From contig CACJUN010000001.1 in the NCBI GenBank assembly GCA_902596665.1, positions 391,935 to 455,934 on the forward strand: DNA of 64,000 nucleotides. Reading direction: 5' to 3'. This document shows positions 49,835-57,752 of this stretch, in pieces (position 1 is the first letter of the stretch; every line of letters starts with the position of its first letter). A program made the translations under genes and the position numbers. The notes under the pieces are model-generated. The model did not search any database, was not told the DNA's origin, and was given only the letters and a program-made list of their open reading frames with translations. This DNA is from an uncultured SAR86 cluster bacterium. Its GTDB lineage: Bacteria; Pseudomonadota; Gammaproteobacteria; Magnimaribacterales; AG-339-G14.

Positions 49835-51238
49835 ATGAAGAAATATATAACTTGTATATTCGTATCTTTTTTTATTATTCCTATTTATGGACAAGAAGAT
49901 TTATGGGACGTTATAAGAGAAAATTCAAATTTTCAGTACTCAGCAGATAGATCAGAAATCCAAAAAGCATTAAAAATTTATCAAAATAATCAGTATCTTG
50001 TTGATAGATTATCAAAAAATGGTCAGAGGTATCTTTATCATATGGTTGATGAAACATTAAAAAGAGATATGCCTGTCGAGCTTGCTCTTCTTCCATTCGT
50101 TGAAAGTCAATTTGATCCTTATGCTCAATCTCCTGCAGGAGCCTCAGGTATTTGGCAATTTATTCTTAGTACGGCTAGAGAACAAGGTTTAAAGAGAAAT
50201 TGGTGGTATGACGGTAGAAGAGACATTATTGCATCGACCAATTCAGCTCTTAATTATCTAGATTCAATGTATAAAAAAACTAACGATTGGATGCTAGCAA
50301 TTGCATCCTTTAATGTTGGCCCTGCAAGAATCCAAAGGGAAGTTAAAAAAAATAAAAACCTAGGGAAACAAACTGATTTTTGGTCCTTAAAACTCCCTAA
50401 AGAAACAAGTAAATATCTTCCTAGGCTTTTAGCGCTCCTTGAAGTAATTAAAAATCCTGAAAATTATAATGTTGATTTTCCTTTCCTGCCTAATAGGCCA
50501 TATTTTCGGGTTATAGACATACCTTCTCAGGTTGATTTGATGCAAGTTGCTAATATCTCTGGTCTCAGTATCGAGGCTGTATACGAGTTAAATCCAGGAT
50601 TTAATCAATGGGCAACTGATCCCAATGGACCTTTTTATTTATTATTGCCTATAGGAATAGCAGATCGTTTTGAAATTAAATTAAATTCAATGAGTGAAGA
50701 AGAGCTTGTGAAGTGGGATAAATATATCGTAAAGAAAGGAGATACGTTAACGTCAATATCCAAAAAGTACATGATTTCTCAAGCTCTTTTGAAAGAGATA
50801 AATAATCTTGATGATGATTTAATTTTTGAGAATGAAGAGCTTACCGTGCCAAGAGGCCCAGAATGGTTAAAAGATTACCTTAATAAACCTGATATCTATT
50901 TTGTCTCAAAAGGCGATACACTATGGTCCATAGCAAAAAAATATGGCGTTCAAGTTTCTGACTTGATTGTTTGGAACGACTTATCTACCGAGAGATTTCT
51001 TCAAATAAATCAACAAATAAATATTTATCCTAAGTACTTTGTTCCCAAGAAGAAAAAGAAAGTTAATCTAAATGACCTCACTTACCCTGTTAAAAGAGGC
51101 GACACAATTTCTAAAATTGCAAAAAAATTTGGGGTTACAGGCGATATGATAGTCCAGTGGAATGAATTAAAAAATCCAGAGGTGATTTATCCTGGACAAG
51201 TCTTAGATATTAAATTTTCAGATTTGAAAGTTAACTAA
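49835..51238 (+). CDS. mltD: membrane-bound lytic murein transglycosylase D-like (SLT domain plus three LysM repeats)
   Basis: ESQFDPYAQSPAGASGIWQF catalytic block and three KKGDTL/SKGDTL/KRGDTISKIAKK LysM repeats. Confidence 0.85.
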   Translation: MKKYITCIFVSFFIIPIYGQEDLWDVIRENSNFQYSADRSEIQKALKIYQNNQYLVDRLSKNGQRYLYHMVDETLKRDMPVELALLPFVESQFDPYAQSPAGASGIWQFILSTAREQGLKRNWWYDGRRDIIASTNSALNYLDSMYKKTNDWMLAIASFNVGPARIQREVKKNKNLGKQTDFWSLKLPKETSKYLPRLLALLEVIKNPENYNVDFPFLPNRPYFRVIDIPSQVDLMQVANISGLSIEAVYELNPGFNQWATDPNGPFYLLLPIGIADRFEIKLNSMSEEELVKWDKYIVKKGDTLTSISKKYMISQALLKEINNLDDDLIFENEELTVPRGPEWLKDYLNKPDIYFVSKGDTLWSIAKKYGVQVSDLIVWNDLSTERFLQINQQINIYPKYFVPKKKKKVNLNDLTYPVKRGDTISKIAKKFGVTGDMIVQWNELKNPEVIYPGQVLDIKFSDLKVN

Positions 51239-52070
51239 GTTGCTGAGTTTTTCTAGGATCTAAGTAATCTCGAAGACCATCGCCAAGAAAATTGAGCGCA
51301 AATAAAGTTAGAGAGAATACTATGGAAGGGAATATTAAAAGCCACCAATATTCTTCCATGGTAATTGCACCTTCTCTAATTAATATCCCCCAAGAGCTTT
51401 CCGGAGGTTGTACCCCAAGGCCTAAAAAGCTTAAAAAAGCCTCCAACAACATAAACTGAGGTATTAAAAGCGTTGAATATACAATAACGGAACTTAAAAC
51501 ATTTGGAATAATGTGTTTAAACAAAATTCTTAAATTACTTGCTCCCATGCTTTGCGCTGCTAATACATAGTCTTGACGTCTAAGACCCAGAACTTGGACT
51601 CTTACAATTCTAGCCATAGATAGCCAGCCAAAAGCACCTATTGCTAAAAATAGTAAAGTCATACTTCTACCAATAATTACTAATATTAAAATTAAAAAAA
51701 TAACGAAAGGTAGACCATCGAGAATATCAACTATTCTCATCATTAAAGAGTCAGTTCTTCCTCCTAAATACCCAGCTATCGAACCCCATAAAACACCTAT
51801 GGTAAGAGCTACCAAAGTTGCAAGAAAACCAACTAATAAAGAAACTCTGCTGCCGTAAAGCATTCTCGTAAAAAGATCTCTCCCTAATACATCTGTACCA
51901 AGCATGTATTCTGAAGAAGGAGGTGCTGCACCTAATAAAAGATTTTGTTCTGAATAACTATAAGGGGTAATGAATGGAGTAATAAGTGCAAGAAAGACTA
52001 ATCCGAAAATAAAAATAGAACTAAAAAATGCTAACTTATGGTATTTGTAAAAATTAGTCAGAAAAATCAT
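51231..52070 (-). CDS. peptide ABC transporter permease (OppC/DppC-like)
   Basis: BPD_transp_1 core with N-terminal LGTDVLGRD, typical of OppC. Confidence 0.85.
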   Translation of the reverse strand: MIFLTNFYKYHKLAFFSSIFIFGLVFLALITPFITPYSYSEQNLLLGAAPPSSEYMLGTDVLGRDLFTRMLYGSRVSLLVGFLATLVALTIGVLWGSIAGYLGGRTDSLMMRIVDILDGLPFVIFLILILVIIGRSMTLLFLAIGAFGWLSMARIVRVQVLGLRRQDYVLAAQSMGASNLRILFKHIIPNVLSSVIVYSTLLIPQFMLLEAFLSFLGLGVQPPESSWGILIREGAITMEEYWWLLIFPSIVFSLTLFALNFLGDGLRDYLDPRKTQQLS

Positions 52071-52072
52071 AA

Positions 52073-53005
52073 TCAGTTCATCGATCCCTTTTCTCTAAGT
52101 CTAGGGTTTAGGTAAGTAGCCAAAATATCTGATAAAAGAACAAAGGTAAGTGTAAAAAAAGTTATTAAGATTGAGATGCCTAATATTAATGTGTAATCTC
52201 TATTGAAAGCAGCTTGAACGTAATATCTACCAATACCGTTTATTTGAAATATAGTTTCGACAACAAAAGAGCCCGCGAACAAACCAGCTATTGCAGGGCC
52301 TAAGAAACCTACAGTAGGCATAATCCCACCTCGTAAAGCATGGTAAAGAACAACTCTAGTTTCATTTAACCCTTTTGCTCTAGCAGTTCTAATAAAATCC
52401 TGAGCGAGTATTTCTAACATTCCTCCTCTAGTAAGTCTTGCAAAGATTGCTGCATAAGCTGAACCAAGTGTAATTGTTGGCAAAACTTTGTCTCCGGGAA
52501 ATTCACCCCAACCACTAACTGGTAATATTTCAAACCAAATTCCAAAGGTTAAAATTAACATTGGACCAAGAATAATTGATGGAACACATATACCGATCAT
52601 AGATACACTCATTGGTAAATGATCAAGTAATTTACCTGGATTCAAAGAAGCAAGGATTCCAGACAAAATTCCTAAAAACAAGGCGAATAATATCGAATAA
52701 AGAGCTAATTCCATAGTTATTGGTAACCCAGAAAATATTAATTCAGAAACTGACCGTCCAGGATATTTATAAGATGGACCAAAATCTCCTTGAATAGCAT
52801 TTAATAGATAATTTCCTAATTGGCTTAATAAAGGATCGTTTAAATTATAGGTATCATTCAGTTGTTGAAGTATTTCAGGCGATGCAACTCTTTCATCGTC
52901 AAATGGCCCTCCGGGTGCTGCGTGGACCATAAAAAAAGTAGCTGATATTACTATCAACATAACAGGAATGTATGTGAAAACCCTTTTTAAAATAAAATAA
53001 GTCAA
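52073..53005 (-). CDS. peptide ABC transporter permease (OppB/DppB-like)
   Basis: The N-terminus ILKRV... and the FIRTARAKGL EAA-loop region are typical of OppB. Confidence 0.85.
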   Translation of the reverse strand: MTYFILKRVFTYIPVMLIVISATFFMVHAAPGGPFDDERVASPEILQQLNDTYNLNDPLLSQLGNYLLNAIQGDFGPSYKYPGRSVSELIFSGLPITMELALYSILFALFLGILSGILASLNPGKLLDHLPMSVSMIGICVPSIILGPMLILTFGIWFEILPVSGWGEFPGDKVLPTITLGSAYAAIFARLTRGGMLEILAQDFIRTARAKGLNETRVVLYHALRGGIMPTVGFLGPAIAGLFAGSFVVETIFQINGIGRYYVQAAFNRDYTLILGISILITFFTLTFVLLSDILATYLNPRLREKGSMN

Positions 53006-54609
53006 TCTTCCAGAGATATAAATTGATAAGGGTGTGTATCAAGCATGTTTGGATACCATCCTTTAACTTCGTTTCTTAGCATATAAACTCTTGTGTAGGT
53101 ATAGATTGGGATTATTGGTAGTTCATCCATCAGAATTTCTTCCGCTTTAGAGAAATTTTTTAACCTCTCAGCCTCATTATTGGCAAAAGTAGCTTTTGTA
53201 ACATAAGAGTCATATTGTTTATTAGACCATCCAGTTTTATTATTTCCTCTATCAGTTACCATCATGTCTAAAAAAGAATTAGGATCAACATAATCTCCTA
53301 TCCAACCAGCTCTTGAAATTTGATACTGACCTTGGCTTTCTCTATCAAGATAAACTTTCCAATCAACGTTTGTAAGTGTGATTTTTATGCCTAGCTCTTT
53401 AAGCCAGAATTGTTGTATAGCTTGAGCAATTTTTTGGTGGCCTTCATTTGTATTGTAGAGAAGCTCAAATTCGGGAAAACCCTCTCCATTGGGATAACCT
53501 GCATCAGCGAGATATTTTCTTGCTAATTCTGGATTAAAATCTAGCTGTGTAGGAGGATTATAATAATCCTCACTTGGAGGGGTAAATGAGTAAGCTGGCC
53601 TCTGTCCTCCTTTAGTAACTTTATCAACGATTAATTCTCTATCTATTGATAACGAAAGAGCTTTTCTGACATTAATTTCGTTTAATGGTTCAATCTCAGT
53701 ATTGATACGGTAGTAGTATGTACCAAAGTACTTCTCTAGTTTAAATTGATCTGGGTATTCTTCTTTATATTTAGCAATCTTTTCTGTTTGAATTGTATAT
53801 AAATTATGAGTTTTACCAGATCTATAATATCTATCAGATGTCGATTCATTATCAATAGGAAAAAAATGAATTCCATTTAATTTAAGATCTGCTTTGCCCC
53901 AATAATTATTATTTCTTTTAACTTTTATTACCTTGTTAATTGACCATTCATCTAAAATAAAGGGACCATTAGATATAATATTTTCTGGTCTAGTCCATCT
54001 ACTATCCCTATTAGAAATGCCTCCAAAATCCTCAATTGTTCCAGGATGAACAGGATATGTTGCATAGTGAGCTAACTGCTTAAGAAAAAAAGGTGTTTTA
54101 GTTTTTAGGGTTACTTTCAAGGTTTTTGAATCAATAGCTTTTACACCTACTAAATCAAAGTCTTTTATTTCTGATTTATTAAATTGCTCAGCATTCTTAA
54201 CTGCATACAACATATCTGGGTATCTTGATCCTAGTGCTGGAGTTAATATTCTTCTCCAAGAATAAACAAAATCTTGTGCTATTAAAGGATCGCCATTTGA
54301 CCATTTAGCATCTGGTCTAATATTAAAAACAATCTGTAAACCATCATCGGATATTTGCCATGATTCAGCAGCAGCTGGTATCACACCTTCACCTCTAGGA
54401 TTTTGCATAGTTAGTCCTTCAAACAAAGCAATGACAATCTTATGTTCTGTCACACCTGTCACTATATGAGGATCTAGTCCTTGGGGTTCAGTTCCATTGT
54501 CAAGAAGGAGTATTCCTAATTCATTTGCACTTTCTACATCTAAGGAGTCCTGAGATGAACATGAGATAAATATACTTAATATAAAGATAGGGATAATAAA
54601 GATTTTCAT
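53002..54609 (-). CDS. family 5 peptide-binding lipoprotein (OppA/DppA-like)
   Basis: Lipobox FIS|C; SBP_bac_5 architecture (about 535 aa). Confidence 0.85.
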   Translation of the reverse strand: MKIFIIPIFILSIFISCSSQDSLDVESANELGILLLDNGTEPQGLDPHIVTGVTEHKIVIALFEGLTMQNPRGEGVIPAAAESWQISDDGLQIVFNIRPDAKWSNGDPLIAQDFVYSWRRILTPALGSRYPDMLYAVKNAEQFNKSEIKDFDLVGVKAIDSKTLKVTLKTKTPFFLKQLAHYATYPVHPGTIEDFGGISNRDSRWTRPENIISNGPFILDEWSINKVIKVKRNNNYWGKADLKLNGIHFFPIDNESTSDRYYRSGKTHNLYTIQTEKIAKYKEEYPDQFKLEKYFGTYYYRINTEIEPLNEINVRKALSLSIDRELIVDKVTKGGQRPAYSFTPPSEDYYNPPTQLDFNPELARKYLADAGYPNGEGFPEFELLYNTNEGHQKIAQAIQQFWLKELGIKITLTNVDWKVYLDRESQGQYQISRAGWIGDYVDPNSFLDMMVTDRGNNKTGWSNKQYDSYVTKATFANNEAERLKNFSKAEEILMDELPIIPIYTYTRVYMLRNEVKGWYPNMLDTHPYQFISLED

Positions 54610-54620
54610 ATTGTTATTAT

Positions 54621-54655
54621 AAAAAAAAGGAACCCTTAAGGTTCCTTTTTTTTTT
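54621..54655 (-). terminator. rho-independent hairpin between the TonB-dependent receptor gene and oppA
   Basis: GGAACC (54629..54634), loop CTTAA, GGTTCC (54640..54645), flanked by A8 and T10. Only 11 nt separate the minus-strand U-tract from the oppA ATG. Confidence 0.75.
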
Positions 54656-54664
54656 AGCTATTGA

Positions 54665-57613
54665 TTAAAATCTAGCTTCAAGACCTAATCTTATCGATCT
54701 TGGATATTGATAAGACACAGGCAGTTGATAGTAAGGTTGAGGATATGAAGAAGGTCCTCCATTCTCACCATATTCATTAATATCATCTACTCCATCTTGG
54801 CCTAGGATGTTGAAGACATCTACTTTAAAGAAAGATTCTTTAATGATGCCTGCACCACCAAGATCAAATGCCATTGAGAAGTCTAAAGAGAAAATGGTAT
54901 CACTTTTACTTATAGATCCTCTAGGAGTTGACTGACCAGCACAGAACCATGAATCATCACCATATTGCTGAGCAAATGTGTCAGTTGGGTGAGTTCCTAT
55001 ACAACCAAAAGGTCTTCCATCTGTAAGAGTGGCATTGAAACCTAAGACTAGATTATCAGTTGCTTGGTAACCACCAAATACTTTAACTCTGTAATCTCTG
55101 TGATTAGGCAATAGTCCATAAGAACCATCGGTTAAACCTTGTGCATCGAAATCTTGAGTCAAACCTGCATCATCCTGGCCATTGTCAGATTTTACAGATC
55201 CTTCGTAGTTTCCTTTACTTGAACTAATAGTAACGTTACCTTCGATGAAGTAAATGTCATCCCAATCTTTTGCGAATGTGAAGTCTAAAGCTTGATAAAC
55301 TCTTTCTACTTCAGGATATCTTAGCTGCTCTTTAGTTAGGTTAACTTTTTCATAAGTTCCAGCCGTTCCGCCTGGTAATTCATCTGTTGCGTATGACAAG
55401 TCAGTTCCAGGGTTAGTTAAGACATAATGATGGAATCCTGTCCAGTTATCTTCACAACCTGTACCTTCATCATTTGAAAGGGCCAGACCATTAGCCTCAC
55501 AATATCTAATGATACCCGCATCTATCGCGACATCCTCTATTGTTGATCCAAGATCTCTATATGTAATAGCTAATCCAAGATTCCAATCTTCTTCAATCCA
55601 ATCATATGTAAGAATTAACTCATTTGCATACATTGGCTCAATAGTTGTATCGACTAATTCTGAATTATCAGGAACTACTCCACTAGAGAACGTATCCGTG
55701 TGGAATAAAGTTGACTCATCAAATACAGGGAAGAATTGATTTTGAGAATCATCGATTCCATCAAGTCTGTAAAATTCATGAATGAAAGTTTCTGCACCAG
55801 CAAGCCTGATGTTTGTGTTAGCAGCAATAGGTAAGTAGTAAGTACCCGCAAAGATACCGAACTTTTCAGAGCCATCACCATTAACATCAAATGTAGCACC
55901 TAATCTGTATGCAACCTGATTTTCAAGCTCAATAAAAGATTCACCATTTGCATTCATGTTGTTGAAATTATCAGACCTAATACCTGCATTAAGATTCCAT
56001 TTGTCGGTAAGGGCAAAATTACCTTGTATAAAAAATGCACTATTTGCTATCTTATAAGTACCACCTGATTTATAGGTTCTTTTTCTAACCAACTGTTGGT
56101 CATCTGATAATCCAGAAGCTTCAAATGAAGCTAACTGTTTAGCAGATGCTAAGTAGTCAGGCTCAATTAATAGGTAGTAGTTACCACCTGATTGCATTGT
56201 TGAGTCAATAGATTCAAGATCTTCTTGCTCATATCCAAATTTAATAATGTGCTCGTCAAAAGTAACTTCAGCAGTAATCTTGGCAACCTCTCTTTCATCG
56301 GACCCTTCTCCAACCATCCAGTTAACCCAACATCCTTTAGGAACAAAATTAGTTCCCGTTATTGATGTTCTTCTGTCGTAGACAGCAGGACAAGTATCTT
56401 GACTACTTTGGACAGTTCTTCCAGCTTCGTTCTTTCCGTAAAGTAAATTCAAAGTCCAATTGTCATCAATGTTTGAAGTATAGTTAACGATGGTGTTTTC
56501 ACCTCCAGCGTAGTTGTAACCTAAACCTTTTGAAGCGCCTCTTGTAAAAGTTGCAGGCGTGTAATTAAAAGTTTCAGTTTCAATTCTTGTTTCATCAGAA
56601 AAATAAGTTATTTCTAATATGTTGTTGTCATCAAAATAAGCATCAATTTTTGTTCCGTAAAATGTGTCATCGAATGTATCAACGTATTGTTCTTCAGAAA
56701 TATATCCTGCATAGGTCTGTGATGATTGGTTAGGACTAGCTAAAACATAATAGAAGAGTCTGTCAGGAACTATTGCTCCACTAAATGAGACATTGTAGTT
56801 AAAGCTGTCAGCTTCGTCTTTTTGATTAATTGCCGCATATGTATCAGGACTATCCCATCTTAAAGCGTCTGGTGCATAGAAGGCACTTACTTTTGCTTCA
56901 AATTCATTTGATCCTGATTTGGTAGTTCCATAAATTACTCCACCAGTGGCTTTACCAAATTCTGCTTGATAACCACCAGTTTTCACATCCACTGATTCAT
57001 AAAATTCAAAAGGAACAGTTGAGTAACCAAGGAAATTTCTGAAGTTAGTTATGTTTAATCCATTAACATAATATTGGTTTTCACCTGAAGATGATCCATT
57101 GATTGAAGCTAAGCCAGCAAATGCTGCATCACCTTCACTAGTTCCTGGGGCAAGAAGAACTATGCTATTTAAACTTCTGAATTGTGGAGTTTTTGTATAA
57201 AGATCTTCAACGTCAACGTTAATACCAGTTTCTGATACTTCAAAAGCATACGATTTTACAATTTCTCCTCTTACTGTAAGGTCTTCAGCGTTGACAGAGG
57301 TCATAGTAATTGAGTAAGAGTTACCACCAGCAAGCAATCTAATAGATTCTGTTACTGATTCAAGAGCTGGTGCTGTAGCTCTAACGGAATAGGTTCCAGG
57401 AGGAAGAGCTGCAAATCTAACAGAACCACCGCTTGAAACAGCAGATCTTTCAAGTCCTGTTCCGGTGTTTGTTACAGTAATTGTTGCATTATTAATATCT
57501 GCACCAGAAGCTGTTTGAACGGAAGCCGTTAAATTAGCTGTGGTGTCTTGTGAATACGCTATTGACGCAAATCCTAAGGCCAACGCGATAAAAAAGTACT
57601 TCAAATATTTCAC
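54665..57613 (-). CDS. TonB-dependent receptor with an N-terminal carboxypeptidase-regulatory-like domain (Oar-like)
   Basis: GTG start, signal peptide, a CarboxypepD_reg-like beta sandwich (PPGTYSVRATA), a long beta-barrel and a C-terminal ...RF. Confidence 0.85.
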   Translation of the reverse strand: MKYLKYFFIALALGFASIAYSQDTTANLTASVQTASGADINNATITVTNTGTGLERSAVSSGGSVRFAALPPGTYSVRATAPALESVTESIRLLAGGNSYSITMTSVNAEDLTVRGEIVKSYAFEVSETGINVDVEDLYTKTPQFRSLNSIVLLAPGTSEGDAAFAGLASINGSSSGENQYYVNGLNITNFRNFLGYSTVPFEFYESVDVKTGGYQAEFGKATGGVIYGTTKSGSNEFEAKVSAFYAPDALRWDSPDTYAAINQKDEADSFNYNVSFSGAIVPDRLFYYVLASPNQSSQTYAGYISEEQYVDTFDDTFYGTKIDAYFDDNNILEITYFSDETRIETETFNYTPATFTRGASKGLGYNYAGGENTIVNYTSNIDDNWTLNLLYGKNEAGRTVQSSQDTCPAVYDRRTSITGTNFVPKGCWVNWMVGEGSDEREVAKITAEVTFDEHIIKFGYEQEDLESIDSTMQSGGNYYLLIEPDYLASAKQLASFEASGLSDDQQLVRKRTYKSGGTYKIANSAFFIQGNFALTDKWNLNAGIRSDNFNNMNANGESFIELENQVAYRLGATFDVNGDGSEKFGIFAGTYYLPIAANTNIRLAGAETFIHEFYRLDGIDDSQNQFFPVFDESTLFHTDTFSSGVVPDNSELVDTTIEPMYANELILTYDWIEEDWNLGLAITYRDLGSTIEDVAIDAGIIRYCEANGLALSNDEGTGCEDNWTGFHHYVLTNPGTDLSYATDELPGGTAGTYEKVNLTKEQLRYPEVERVYQALDFTFAKDWDDIYFIEGNVTISSSKGNYEGSVKSDNGQDDAGLTQDFDAQGLTDGSYGLLPNHRDYRVKVFGGYQATDNLVLGFNATLTDGRPFGCIGTHPTDTFAQQYGDDSWFCAGQSTPRGSISKSDTIFSLDFSMAFDLGGAGIIKESFFKVDVFNILGQDGVDDINEYGENGGPSSYPQPYYQLPVSYQYPRSIRLGLEARF

Positions 57614-57651
57614 TTTTTATACCCCAAATGTGATTAAAAAACGCAATTTTA
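57614..57651 (-). promoter_or_regulatory. candidate promoter and short leader of the Oar-like receptor gene
   Basis: Minus-strand TAAAAT (57651..57646), then TTGCG-N8-TCACATTT-GGGGTA, then GTG. This is the same architecture as upstream of the other receptor gene. Confidence 0.45.
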
Positions 57652-57707
57652 CACTTAAATTCAAAAATTTGTTACTTATTTGACAAAAAATATTGCTCTA
57701 GATACAT

Positions 57708-57738
57708 AAAAAAAGGCGGTATTAAACCGCCTTTTTTT
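57708..57738 (-). terminator. rho-independent terminator after the first receptor gene
   Basis: AAGGCGGT (57713..57720), loop ATTAA, ACCGCCTT (57726..57733), flanked by an A-run and a T-run. Confidence 0.8.
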
Positions 57739-57752
57739 AGTTATAACTTATT

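Noticed and set aside
57614-57660. Fur-box or CRP-site interpretation of the conserved receptor upstream block.
   Set aside because: TGCGT-N7-TCACA and TGCGG-N7-TACAT have the wrong spacing and poor half-sites for CRP (TGTGA-N6-TCACA). The match to the 19-bp Fur consensus is weak. I kept only the sequence-level conservation as a finding.
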